64,000 nucleotides of DNA from a virus. Positions 54,561-63,999 of the stretch are shown piece after piece; within the stretch, counting starts at the first letter, position 1; every line of letters starts with the position of its first letter. Under the pieces are notes generated by a model that did not search any database, had not been told where the DNA came from, and saw only the letters and a list, made by a program, of their open reading frames with translations. The stretch spans positions 53,771 to 117,770 of the IMG/VR virus record IMGVR_UViG_3300009528_000013. One strand, given 5' to 3'. A program made the position numbers and the translations under genes.

Positions 54561-55051
54561 TTGTAATCGAGGATTTGACCCGAAGTGGAGATAGAGCAGG
54601 TCCGAGGAGGGCCCTCACAAAACGGCCGGAAGATGACCACGATGCTCGACAAATTAGCTCGTCTGGACATTCCATTCGAACTGAAGTGTAATCTGTTCTT
54701 CACAAATCTGATTTCATCGGATCTCATAACGCAATTATGCCACATCACAGTATCGGTTGATTTACCGGAGATCAGGGCTACGACGAGTCCACCCTTCCGA
54801 GTCGTTAGATAAGCTTTCGCCATCCATTTGACTATATCTTTGTCATACGGCGGATTCAGCCAAATAATTTCCTCTGACCAATCCCGTCTCAAGCCATCTT
54901 CTTTCTTGGTAAAGAACCTCTGGCATTTCGTATTCTCTGGGGTGGCACAGACATCCAAAGTGAAATGGAATTCCCGATCCAGAGTCTCAAAGAAATCTTG
55001 CGGGGTTTCCCATTCGGTGGTCGATGTTCTCTTACTTCTGATCTTTGGCAT
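54530..55051 (-). CDS. Phage N6-adenine DNA methyltransferase (PF05869-like)
   Basis: EWETPQDFF...FTLDVCA...DGL...W...WLNPPY; start codon approximate. Confidence 0.9.
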   Translation of the reverse strand: MPKIRSKRTSTTEWETPQDFFETLDREFHFTLDVCATPENTKCQRFFTKKEDGLRRDWSEEIIWLNPPYDKDIVKWMAKAYLTTRKGGLVVALISGKSTDTVMWHNCVMRSDEIRFVKNRLHFSSNGMSRRANLSSIVVIFRPFCEGPPRTCSISTSGQILDYKWERKSLWKT

Positions 55052-55274
55052 CGTAAGCACAATCAATTTTACCTTTCGCAAGCTCCCACCAACCTGCCTT
55101 GATTGGGGAGGATGAACATTTGGCAAGGGCAATCTCGATCTCCCTTAATTCCCAGGGATGGAGGTGTCGCGTAGTCTCACAGTGTTCGCACTTATACAAG
55201 CCCGCATCCTTCCAATTCCCATCTCGTGTCGGACACAATTCGGTCCGCATCAATCTAAAACGATGTTTTCTCAT
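55032..55274 (-). CDS. Small hypothetical zinc-ribbon protein
   Basis: YKCEHCE; coupled to neighbours. Confidence 0.45.
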   Translation of the reverse strand: MRKHRFRLMRTELCPTRDGNWKDAGLYKCEHCETTRHLHPWELREIEIALAKCSSSPIKAGWWELAKGKIDCAYDAKDQK

Positions 55275-55612
55275 TCTGCCTGCTCTTCAGGATACTCACC
55301 AATAACAGCCTGATACCACGCTTGACCCTGTTTGGCCCAGAGGAGGAGACGTCGCTCAGCTTCAGCAATCGCATCCTCCAGGACAGTGGTATTGAGCCAA
55401 TAACCCTTGCCGCCAAACCCAAAAGTCCAACCATCCGCCGTAAACATCCCAAACCCATAAGGATGAGATCGGACAATGAACTCATATCCGCCACAGATAT
55501 GAGCAGTGGCCGTGACCATCGTTGGAAGTTTGGGGTTCACAACTTCATACTCCACCTCATAGGTGAAGACTGAGACGATCCTCGTTGGGTTTTCCATCAA
55601 ATTCCTTCTCAT
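55271..55612 (-). CDS. Hypothetical protein
   Basis: Open frame in operon orientation. Confidence 0.55.
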   Translation of the reverse strand: MRRNLMENPTRIVSVFTYEVEYEVVNPKLPTMVTATAHICGGYEFIVRSHPYGFGMFTADGWTFGFGGKGYWLNTTVLEDAIAEAERRLLLWAKQGQAWYQAVIGEYPEEQAE

Positions 55613-55626
55613 AGTCTTCTCTTTTA

Positions 55627-56454
55627 TTAAATTGCTACCTTCAAATCCAGAGCAAGCCGACCCCAGACTTTTTTGATCCTGTGAGTGGCAATCTTACAGT
55701 ACACTTTGCTGACATCACAAGCAATCCACCGCCGCTTCAACTTCTCGGCCTCTAAAGCGGTCGTACCGGAACCTACCATCGGATCAAAGACCAAATCACC
55801 CGGATTCGACCAGCTTCGGATATGATCGCGGGCAAGGGCTTCAGGGAAAATCGCCGGGTGTTCGTATGCAATCTCATCTTTGGTCGTAAAACCGTACCCT
55901 GAATTGATCTGCCAGATGTTAAATCGGATGCCGAATTTCTTGTACGGAACTTTGTTATCTCTTTTGTCGAGTGTCCCATCCCTGTTCCGAAAGGAAGTTC
56001 GCCCCCAGGATCCCGGCCATTTGTTCGGCCGATCCATCAGAAGATTTACAGTCTTTGGCTTCCCCCTGCTGAAGATGAACATAAACTCAAAAACCTGATG
56101 ATACCGAATAAACTCAGGGTGAGTCGGCCCATTCTTCTGGTAAATCATTGTGTCGTGTAATTTGAAACCGAGATCCATAAAGTAAAGAGCCTGCCGAAAG
56201 CTTACTCCAGATTCCGATCCATCGATAATCTCGTCACCCACGACCCATACGACGACGCCTCCGGGAGCGGTGATCCTATAGAGTTCTTTTACAATTTTCC
56301 CGAAGTTGAAGGAATAACCATGATATTCTCTGAGCTTCCCATACGGAGGCGATGTGACAGTTAGATCAACCAATCCGGTTGCCATTTCAGTCATTATCGA
56401 TAAGCAATCGTCGCAGTAAAGTCGACCCAAATTAGTTTGAAAGAATTGATTCAC
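55627..56454 (-). CDS. Beta-class amino DNA methyltransferase (N4-C or N6-A; SPPY suggests m4C)
   Basis: DLTVTSPPY precedes HPAIFP...VFDPMVGSGTT. Confidence 0.92.
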   Translation of the reverse strand: MNQFFQTNLGRLYCDDCLSIMTEMATGLVDLTVTSPPYGKLREYHGYSFNFGKIVKELYRITAPGGVVVWVVGDEIIDGSESGVSFRQALYFMDLGFKLHDTMIYQKNGPTHPEFIRYHQVFEFMFIFSRGKPKTVNLLMDRPNKWPGSWGRTSFRNRDGTLDKRDNKVPYKKFGIRFNIWQINSGYGFTTKDEIAYEHPAIFPEALARDHIRSWSNPGDLVFDPMVGSGTTALEAEKLKRRWIACDVSKVYCKIATHRIKKVWGRLALDLKVAI

Positions 56455-56768
56455 CTTCCCGATCCCTCTCTACCAACCCTGATTGTGAAATCCCATCGGT
56501 CACGAATCTCGTGCGGAAATTTTTTCCAATCGATGGTCCGTCTGAGAAATTTCGTCCAGATGTAGTTTAAGATTTTTCGATAAGACCATCGCCATCTTTG
56601 AGGAACAAGGACCTCTCGATAAGTGCAAAAAGGATCGGAAATCCAGATTTCCCCAACATCGGCAAATTGCCCAAGCATTTCTCTACAAGCTACCTCCGAC
56701 AATTCGTTGAATGAAGTACGACCATGAGGCAGAGAGAAATCTCTTCTCCATGGTGCCAAACGAATCAC
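56451..56768 (-). CDS. Hypothetical protein
   Basis: Coupled to the MTase gene. Confidence 0.5.
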   Translation of the reverse strand: MIRLAPWRRDFSLPHGRTSFNELSEVACREMLGQFADVGEIWISDPFCTYREVLVPQRWRWSYRKILNYIWTKFLRRTIDWKKFPHEIRDRWDFTIRVGREGSGR

Positions 56769-56771
56769 TTC

Positions 56772-57026
56772 TTACTGAATTTTCGATGTGGCAACTTCAG
56801 CATTAGCATCCTCGAAAGAGATAGCCGGAATCTCATAATGGGCGATTTTGATGATATGCTCTCGGCAGTTATTAACCTTTCCATAGAAAATTCTATCGAG
56901 ATCTGGAAGCACCCAAACGAATTCTTTCGAGGAACCAATAAGCCTAACTTCTGAAGGGCATTTTATCCTTCCTCTTACCCAGGTCAGCAGGACAAGATTC
57001 AGCTTATGCAGAACGATTTGAATCAT
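56772..57026 (-). CDS. Hypothetical protein
   Basis: ATGA-coupled to sbcD. Confidence 0.45.
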   Translation of the reverse strand: MIQIVLHKLNLVLLTWVRGRIKCPSEVRLIGSSKEFVWVLPDLDRIFYGKVNNCREHIIKIAHYEIPAISFEDANAEVATSKIQ

Positions 57027-58081
57027 CTCTCTTTCCCCTTCCCGATGGTATTTTTCCGAAGATCTCCGGCTCGTGTCAAAACGATCTTTTGCTTTTCGGG
57101 TTTAACGCCTTTGATTTTGAGCCACTCTCCCAAAATCGCAATCGGAGAATCTTCGAGAGTGATCTGATCAGATCCCCTTTTAACAGATCTCTTTTTCTGT
57201 TTCGTCTCGAAATGCAAAGAAAGAAGCTCTTTTTCCTTTGCCATCCTCCGAAGAATCTGCGTATCCTCGGACCCGAAATGCGAATCCAGGATAATTCTCA
57301 GATTCCATTGTCCGGCCGGAAGCTCAAGCTCTTTAAGGGCCTCGGCAACTTCAAGAAGTCGTCCCGGGAAACGAACGGTTTTGAACCTTGGTGCAATGAT
57401 GTCAACCGTCTGGACTCCCTTTTCAGAATCCCAAAGAAGATAACCTGCAGGATTCCCCTCATCGCCAAACGTCCTTTGGAAGAGAGCGCCGGTGTACCCC
57501 GCGAAGACGACTTCTGGATAGCCCTTTCGAGGATCGAAAAATACTCGACGATGGATTCCTCCGAAGAAGTAATACTTTGCGCCGGACTCCAGGAAATTTC
57601 CAATCGAGAAATCCGAAGGTCGATACATCCGATAATCGCTTGAAACTTTGACGTTCCGCAAGAAGCCGTGATAGAAGACTGCATTATGGTCCGAGCTCAG
57701 GGCTTTCAAATCCTTCACGGTCGAAGGCAAGAACATACAGGACTCGTGATACAAATCTATCCCGGTGACGGATTCGATAACCTTGCAGCCCCGAAGCTCG
57801 GAGAAATAAATCAGCGGCGTCGCACGAAAGGGATTCGACATCTCATGGTCGCCCAGGATAAAGTAGATTGGGACCGAGTCTCGCCGGATAGGTTCTAAAC
57901 TCTCGATCAGGAACCGAAACAGTTCCGGTGAGCAACTCTGCGAATCCAAAAAATCTCCAAGGAAGACTAAAAAATCTACCGGAAGGCCGGCAATATGCAA
58001 CATCAAATCCTGAAAGATTGTTCGGTGGATGTCGCTTGTCCGATTGCTGAAATGCGTATCGCTGATGATTGCCACTCTCAT
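57023..58081 (-). CDS. sbcD: SbcD/Mre11-like metallophosphoesterase nuclease
   Basis: ISDTHF, LGDFLD, LGDHE, YHG, GGIH; C-terminal capping domain. Confidence 0.85.
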   Translation of the reverse strand: MRVAIISDTHFSNRTSDIHRTIFQDLMLHIAGLPVDFLVFLGDFLDSQSCSPELFRFLIESLEPIRRDSVPIYFILGDHEMSNPFRATPLIYFSELRGCKVIESVTGIDLYHESCMFLPSTVKDLKALSSDHNAVFYHGFLRNVKVSSDYRMYRPSDFSIGNFLESGAKYYFFGGIHRRVFFDPRKGYPEVVFAGYTGALFQRTFGDEGNPAGYLLWDSEKGVQTVDIIAPRFKTVRFPGRLLEVAEALKELELPAGQWNLRIILDSHFGSEDTQILRRMAKEKELLSLHFETKQKKRSVKRGSDQITLEDSPIAILGEWLKIKGVKPEKQKIVLTRAGDLRKNTIGKGKER

Positions 58082-58389
58082 GAGACTTCCCCCGGTTTGC
58101 GAACTAAATCCGCAACTTTTTTTCTCAGATTGTCAAGGGAATCTCTTCGAAGATCTGCGAGCCAGGCCGAAGCGACCTGTTTCCATCCTTCATCGGGATC
58201 GGCGATCTTGAATCCGAGTCGGATCCCTGCGACAAGATTATCCGTGCCGGAAAGCGTGTCGTAGTACCGGCATGCGGCTTCCAACAGTTCCTCCTGGCTG
58301 GCTGTCATCACGTCCTCGACAGTCACGATCCTCGTCTTCCGATCCTCCCGATCTTCAGCGGTCGAATATTCCTCTGTGTGCTCTCCCAT
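58078..58389 (-). CDS. Hypothetical protein
   Basis: AAGGAGG SD and ATG at 58389. Confidence 0.55.
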   Translation of the reverse strand: MGEHTEEYSTAEDREDRKTRIVTVEDVMTASQEELLEAACRYYDTLSGTDNLVAGIRLGFKIADPDEGWKQVASAWLADLRRDSLDNLRKKVADLVRKPGEVS

Positions 58390-58549
58390 TGTCCATTCCT
58401 CCTTTTGGAAAGGGGTTTTCATCGAAAAATGATGTTTGCGAAGCAAATCCATCTCTTCTGAATTGGCAAACTCGATAAAAGCAAGCTAAGCACGCTCAAT
58501 GCTTTCAGAGAACCATTTCATCTGTTCCGAGAATAAACGGCAGGAGGCA

Positions 58550-61273
58550 TTAAAACGGCGGTTCATCTCCGGTTGCTTGTCGCAATTCTCGGAGCAACTG
58601 GATGAACGCGGGAGTTTTTTCATAATAGCCTCGCTTTCTAACGAGCGCACGATTTCGAATGAGTTTGGATACGAAAAGTTTTGCCGTGCTTCGGTCCGAA
58701 GCAAGTAGATCCTCGAAGTCGGAAAGTAAGAATTGGGGGTATCTCAAGAGATCATTGGCTAAATTCTGCCGGTGTGATTCACCAACGGCTTCTTGAATCT
58801 CTTCCGGGTCTTCGATTTTATTTTCCTGTCTTTTCAACATCGCATATTCATTGTATAAGCAAGACGATGAATCCCAAATATCATACAAAAACTCCCGGAC
58901 ATATTGAACATGCCTCGGCTGAACAATGATTTTCTCTTCACTCTCATCAGTAGAAAACAGCCGTGCCGCGACAGCGACAGCTAATTTTGCAATGACGATG
59001 TGCTGCTCGCCGGATTTGACAATTGCGATCGGTGAACGATATTTTTCAAGAATCTCGGTGGAGACCATATAGATCAGTTTTTCGGCCTCGGGGTCGAAGA
59101 CGATCTGTTCGGGCGAACGTGTCCAGGCCCACAACAACAATTCCCTGCAAAGATCGGATGTATAAACATGCTCTTGCTTTTCCCGGAGGTACATCGGGAT
59201 CTGTGTCATATCCACTTCACCCTCTTGGGCGAAGACAACCAGATCGAAACGGGCGATGTCGCTTGGCTGCTCCACCAGATCCAACACAGCTTCGATTCCA
59301 AAAGAATACGAAGAAAGAGTCCGATCGCCCATAGGATTTGAAATCCATACCAATCGAGTTTGAGCCAACGTCGATTGACTTTCGATCTTTATGATCTCCG
59401 CAACACCCTCCGAGCGAATTCGGGACAATGCCGGAAGTACATGCCTGTCCATCTTTTGAAAATCATCGATCAACACAATCCCTTTGTGGTTAAGAGGAAT
59501 AATGCCCCATTGTAATTGCCACTGCCTTCCGATCTGAGCAACGCCGCCCTTTAGACCTGCAATCGTTGCCGATTCCGAGCCACAATAGCATCCGATCCCA
59601 TAGTGCCGAACCATCGCTCTCGCTGTCTCGGATTTCCCCTGTCGAGAATCGCCGATAATCAGTGCCTCGACCCAGCCCTTCGGGACAAATCTCCCGGCGA
59701 ACCGGAAGGTAATTGGAGAAAAAAAGACAAAATCCAGAACCTGCATAATCTCCGAGCGCCCAAAGATCAATGTTACATTGGACTCGAAGTCTCGGTAGAT
59801 CTCCATTAGCTTACCGGAAACATCATCGGATCGGAAAATCTCCAACGGTTTGCTTCGGTGAAACAAATTCAGGACGCCAGCTTCTTGTTCAGCTTTCTCA
59901 ATCAGAAGGGTTGCGTACTGAAGTTTCGGCTCCGGAACAACGATCCCCTGAAGACGGCAAATGGTATTCGATCGTACTCCAGAACCAACGTAATAAACTT
60001 GATGGGTGATGTACTCTCCTGAAGTGGAGAAGAGGTCCGCCGGTAAGAGTCTCAGTGATTCAACGTTCTGATATTCTAAATACTCTACCTGAACGAAACA
60101 TTTTTTGGGATGAACTACTTGGCTCCTGATAATTGCTTCAACGGTTTTTTTAGGATTTTCGATCATTTGGAGATAGACTGGATTGGATGGATAGAGTTCC
60201 AGATCGAAATCGCCGGCGCCGAGGTTGCAAAGTGCACATGCCAATTTTGTTCCTTCGCTCCGTTTACAACTCATGCGGATCTTCTTTGGAACGAGAAACG
60301 GAACCATATTTTTGCCGGAAATCTTTGCGGTTACTGAGACTTTTCTGTTCCAGTACCTGCTTAGACTCAAATCTTCAATTTTAATTTCTTCAATCACTTC
60401 TTTTAAGAGCGCATCGAACTGTTCTTTGGGATGTCCTTGAAGAAAGAAATCCGTAAAATCCCCGCCCTTTCCAAGATCTTCGGGAAGTTCTATGATCCGA
60501 ACTTCCTTTGCAAAGAGCAGTAGCGATGCCTTCAGTTTTGCAGCACCATCAATTCCAGCTTTGTCCAGATCGTAGCAGATCGAGATAATCTTCCCCCGCA
60601 GCATCGGCAGATATTCGCCCGGTATTTTTGTCCCCTCTCCGGTGGTCAATGTTACTGCGTAATATCCGAGTTGGTTTCCGAGCAGACAGTCCATTTCGCC
60701 TGCGAGAAAAAGAATATGCTCCTGATTCAGATTCTCGATAGGAAAAATTCGAGCCCGCCCGTGACCATCAACTGAAATACACTTTGGTTTCGAACTGAAG
60801 GAGTACTTCCGAAAATTTAAGATTCTATCCTCTGCATCGGGGACCGGAATAATAATCCGATTCCCTTCCAAACCAAGTTGAAACCGCTCGATGGTGGAAC
60901 TGTCGAGCAGTCTCTTTTCCTTGAGAAGTAGGAGATGTCTCTCGGACAGAAGGAGATTTTCGTGGTACTTCTCCACATCGGCGAGAGGAAGGAAGGGAGC
61001 TACTTTTTTCTCCTCCCCTTCCTCCCTCTCTTCTTCTGCCTTCGCCTTTCGTTCCTCGATCAGAGACGCTACGTCGAAACCTTCAACGTCTGACTCAAAT
61101 CGTTCGAAGGTCCCACCCCAACCGCAACCAAAACAATGAGCCAGATTACGATCAAGATCGAGAGAAAGCGAAGCAGTAGAATCATCGTGGAATGGACAAT
61201 GGACAAGGATGTCCTTCGATTTCTTCTTCTCCTTCAGTTCGGGAAAGTACTTCAGCCAATCTGCTAAAGCCAT
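58550..61273 (-). CDS. Primase (CHC2 zinc finger and TOPRIM) fused to MCM-family AAA+ helicase
   Basis: CPFHDD...HCFGC; LAGEMDC...ICYDLD...DFTD; GDSRQGKS, ATIAGLKGGV, VLIDDFQKM, ARFDL. Confidence 0.85.
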   Translation of the reverse strand: MALADWLKYFPELKEKKKSKDILVHCPFHDDSTASLSLDLDRNLAHCFGCGWGGTFERFESDVEGFDVASLIEERKAKAEEEREEGEEKKVAPFLPLADVEKYHENLLLSERHLLLLKEKRLLDSSTIERFQLGLEGNRIIIPVPDAEDRILNFRKYSFSSKPKCISVDGHGRARIFPIENLNQEHILFLAGEMDCLLGNQLGYYAVTLTTGEGTKIPGEYLPMLRGKIISICYDLDKAGIDGAAKLKASLLLFAKEVRIIELPEDLGKGGDFTDFFLQGHPKEQFDALLKEVIEEIKIEDLSLSRYWNRKVSVTAKISGKNMVPFLVPKKIRMSCKRSEGTKLACALCNLGAGDFDLELYPSNPVYLQMIENPKKTVEAIIRSQVVHPKKCFVQVEYLEYQNVESLRLLPADLFSTSGEYITHQVYYVGSGVRSNTICRLQGIVVPEPKLQYATLLIEKAEQEAGVLNLFHRSKPLEIFRSDDVSGKLMEIYRDFESNVTLIFGRSEIMQVLDFVFFSPITFRFAGRFVPKGWVEALIIGDSRQGKSETARAMVRHYGIGCYCGSESATIAGLKGGVAQIGRQWQLQWGIIPLNHKGIVLIDDFQKMDRHVLPALSRIRSEGVAEIIKIESQSTLAQTRLVWISNPMGDRTLSSYSFGIEAVLDLVEQPSDIARFDLVVFAQEGEVDMTQIPMYLREKQEHVYTSDLCRELLLWAWTRSPEQIVFDPEAEKLIYMVSTEILEKYRSPIAIVKSGEQHIVIAKLAVAVAARLFSTDESEEKIIVQPRHVQYVREFLYDIWDSSSCLYNEYAMLKRQENKIEDPEEIQEAVGESHRQNLANDLLRYPQFLLSDFEDLLASDRSTAKLFVSKLIRNRALVRKRGYYEKTPAFIQLLRELRQATGDEPPF

Positions 61274-61291
61274 CAGCTTGCTCCTTCCCGA

Positions 61292-62257
61292 TCAGAAAGG
61301 TAAATCATCCTTACCCTGTTTGCCCTCTCTGTCAGCGCCGGTGCCGGTGCCCGATTCAGGAGCCGATTCCTCCGAACTGGTCTCCTCTTCAACGGCCTCC
61401 TCTTCGAGTACGAATTCATCAACCCCGATCGGTACCGCTCTCATGCTGCCGAGATAGCTGTCCCTCTTCTTTCTGGCACCGCGATACTCAGCCAGGGAAA
61501 GCTCTCTGAGCTTTTCGAACACGAGGACCGAGAATTCCTGAACCCCATCTTCCTGCAGGTCCAGCGTGAATTTCGTCTCGCACCTATTCTTCTGGATACC
61601 CTGGTCCGAAAGTGCCACGAGGTACTGTCGCAGAGCCTTCAAAGACTTCGGCGGAACGGAAAGCACGTAGGGGATCTCGTGATCTATCTGCTGCAGGAAG
61701 ATACGCTTCCGCATCCTGCAGGCCTTCCCTCTGGTCGGCTGTCCTTGAGGATCGACAGCCGAACCCCACACGTTCCACTGGCACTTTGCACACGTCTCGG
61801 CCTGGGGCTTCGGCGATTCAGGATCCGGTCGAATCCAATCGCGCGAAGCGCATTCCGGGGGAACTCGCTCGGTGTCCTCCTTCGGTTCCCACCAAGCCCT
61901 CGCCGGGAGGATCTCGATCGTAATGCCCTGCACGCTCTCCAGCTTCTCCCCATTCGGTGTTTCGAACATCGCCGCCGAGTGAAGAATCTTGATCTGAGGG
62001 AACTCCGGCTCTTCGCCTTCAAGATTCGCCTGGAGATCTTCGGCAAGCTCCCTGAGTACTTCCAGGCGCTCGTCCTCGGGTAGCTCCAAGAGTTCCTTCC
62101 TCAACTCCTCGCTGATCATGAGATCAGAGATTACCAGATCAGAATCGGTGCCCTCTTTTACCGGCATAAGCTCGAAGGCAAGCTTGCCCGTTCCTTCGGG
62201 AGCTTCAGCTTTCGAGTCTTCCGGTTTTTGTCCCTTCTCAGCTACGTCTTTCGACAT
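61292..62257 (-). CDS. Putative single-stranded DNA-binding/recombination protein
   Basis: PPECASRD...CAKCQWNVWGS...GKACR pattern; acidic C-terminus ending DDLPF as in SSBs. Confidence 0.6.
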   Translation of the reverse strand: MSKDVAEKGQKPEDSKAEAPEGTGKLAFELMPVKEGTDSDLVISDLMISEELRKELLELPEDERLEVLRELAEDLQANLEGEEPEFPQIKILHSAAMFETPNGEKLESVQGITIEILPARAWWEPKEDTERVPPECASRDWIRPDPESPKPQAETCAKCQWNVWGSAVDPQGQPTRGKACRMRKRIFLQQIDHEIPYVLSVPPKSLKALRQYLVALSDQGIQKNRCETKFTLDLQEDGVQEFSVLVFEKLRELSLAEYRGARKKRDSYLGSMRAVPIGVDEFVLEEEAVEEETSSEESAPESGTGTGADREGKQGKDDLPF

Positions 62258-62340
62258 CGGTACGCCTCCATTGGGGTTTGAGATGAGAAATTGACTTCCC
62301 ATAGAAGATCGGTTCTTCGCTTATTCGCCTCCTTTCCGAT

Positions 62341-62769
62341 TTAGGTTTTTGAATTATGAGAATTGTCTCTCAATCGAAATGTCGGTCTTTCGTAAATTCT
62401 GATGGTATCGGGGACATTAACAAACGGTTCCAACAACTTGGCAAGCCTCTTTTGAGTCGTCGAAGTTAGATCAGGAACCAGAAACTCGGAAAGCGACTTT
62501 CCAAAGTGTCGCTGAAGAAATCTATCCACCTTCTGAAAGTTTTTCTTTGCGACTGAGGCATAGGTCGCCGAACCCACGCTGACGGTCCCGTGCTGAGTTC
62601 GGATTGTCTTCTCACCGAGCAGCCAGATCACTTCCTCGAAGTATTCCAATTCCCGCTTCTGTTTTTTCAGCGCTTCCTCGGCTGTGGCGACTCGCTTTCG
62701 GGCTTCGACGTACTCAAAAATCAGTTCTTCAGTCAGTTCATCGGTAGGCTCTTCGGTCGGCTTGCTCAT
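62341..62769 (-). CDS. Hypothetical protein (coiled coil plus TxxGTV motif)
   Basis: Open frame; TIRTQHGTVSV pattern common in phage replication modules. Confidence 0.6.
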   Translation of the reverse strand: MSKPTEEPTDELTEELIFEYVEARKRVATAEEALKKQKRELEYFEEVIWLLGEKTIRTQHGTVSVGSATYASVAKKNFQKVDRFLQRHFGKSLSEFLVPDLTSTTQKRLAKLLEPFVNVPDTIRIYERPTFRLRDNSHNSKT

Positions 62770-63148
62770 CAGAAGTCCCTCCAGAATTAAGATCGTCTAT
62801 CGCCGAGCCAATCGCTTTGCGGATCACATCCCGGACGTTGAACGGAGCTTGGAGATCGATGTAATCGAATGCACCCTGAGCCAGGGTCTTGATCAGCCAC
62901 CAAACGTTCATCTTACCAGTGACCGTAGTGAATCTTACCTCGGAATTCGCTTTCAGCGCCGCCTGAAGGAGCTTGGGTGAACCGGGGCGAAGAACATCGC
63001 TGAGAATGATTTCGTGTTCTCCTTTATTTACTTCTTCGAGTGCATCCGCCAGGTTATCCGCCTCGGTGATCTCCAGGTTAAACGACTCGGCATCCTTCCG
63101 CAATTGCTTTCTCAACTTCTCACAATCTGAAATGATCAGAGCTTTCAT
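62738..63148 (-). CDS. Stand-alone response-regulator receiver-like domain (atypical)
   Basis: MKALIISD, EIILSDV (phospho-Asp position), VTG, GAFDYI; invariant Lys absent. Confidence 0.7.
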   Translation of the reverse strand: MKALIISDCEKLRKQLRKDAESFNLEITEADNLADALEEVNKGEHEIILSDVLRPGSPKLLQAALKANSEVRFTTVTGKMNVWWLIKTLAQGAFDYIDLQAPFNVRDVIRKAIGSAIDDLNSGGTSDEQADRRAYR

Positions 63149-63322
63149 CAGTCTTATCTCCAATATGTTTTCATGTGGCGACAAGTCCAACAAATCACAA
63201 ATAGAAAATGCCTACCCCAGAAAGTAGTCTCATAGAACCATTTCGCCTTATGACCCTCTTTGAAGGGACAATTTTTCATCACAAAAGCGCCATTCGCCGA
63301 TTCTGTTATGCTGGCAAGCATA

Positions 63323-63775
63323 TCACCTGTCATCATTATCTTTTCCTCCGCTCAGTGCATTTATCAAGTTTACAGTGTATTCGTCAGATCTAGTCCAAAC
63401 TTTAGAAGTCACGAATTTCGGTTCCAGAAAATCTATCTCCGTGAGTGCACTATCAACGTGTAACCACCAGGGTTCTCTCCAGGAGAAAAAGATAGTCTTT
63501 TTTGCGTCTTCCAAATAAACCGCCAACAGAGATATTGCTCCGTTGTTGTAATACTCTCGGAGCCAATGTTTTTGAGTCTCGGTCAGCTTATTCTTCAGTA
63601 CGACTCGATCGTTTCGACCCAAATGCCCTATTTTCGCTTCGATGAGATATGCCCGCGACAGGTAGCACCCCTCTAGATCCGGCAGTCCGGCAGTCCCATA
63701 AGGTCCTCCATGATTACGGTGAAAGCAACCGCGGAGATTCTTCTTCAACATTCTGACAAAATCAGCTTCTTTCAT
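63323..63775 (-). CDS. VRR-NUC / PD-(D/E)xK nuclease (Holliday junction resolvase-like)
   Basis: MKEADF...GLPDL...IEAK...LTETQKHWL. Confidence 0.8.
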   Translation of the reverse strand: MKEADFVRMLKKNLRGCFHRNHGGPYGTAGLPDLEGCYLSRAYLIEAKIGHLGRNDRVVLKNKLTETQKHWLREYYNNGAISLLAVYLEDAKKTIFFSWREPWWLHVDSALTEIDFLEPKFVTSKVWTRSDEYTVNLINALSGGKDNDDR

Positions 63776-63999
63776 TGAATCTCGCCTTTCAAAATCCGTC
63801 GTACTCTCGTGAGATGCCTCGACCTAAAGTTCGGATTCCCATTGTACGCGGCGATTGCCAGCATATCGGTCGCCAGCCAAGGCAGCCTCCGCTTCTCAAC
63901 TTGTCTCCGGCAGTCCTTCAAATAGGACAAACTAAAACGGATGTTATTCTCTGGATCTAACAGAAATCGAATCTGCGCTCTTCGATTGCGCGGAAACTC
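63772..63999 (-). CDS. 5'-truncated lytic transglycosylase (SLT domain), C-terminal part
   Basis: Own translation of the minus strand: LLDPENNIRFSLSYLK...LAIAAYNGNP...LTRVRRIL; not in the supplied ORF track because the start lies outside the window. Confidence 0.7.
   Translation of the reverse strand, partial: EFPRNRRAQIRFLLDPENNIRFSLSYLKDCRRQVEKRRLPWLATDMLAIAAYNGNPNFRSRHLTRVRRILKGEIQ

Noticed and set aside
2384-62083. Long antisense or overlapping ORFs in the track (e.g. 2384-3052, 5136-5855, 24013-24738, 37744-38667, 52612-53214, 57089-57643)
   Set aside because: They shadow well-supported genes on the other strand or frame, lack SD sites or recognisable motifs, and have atypical composition.
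50295-62302. Similar GAGAAA-(G)TTGACTT-CC motifs near 50300-50318 (minus) and 62285-62300 (plus) as promoters or operators
   Set aside because: Only two imperfect copies, in opposite orientation, with no properly spaced -10 box; too weak to call.
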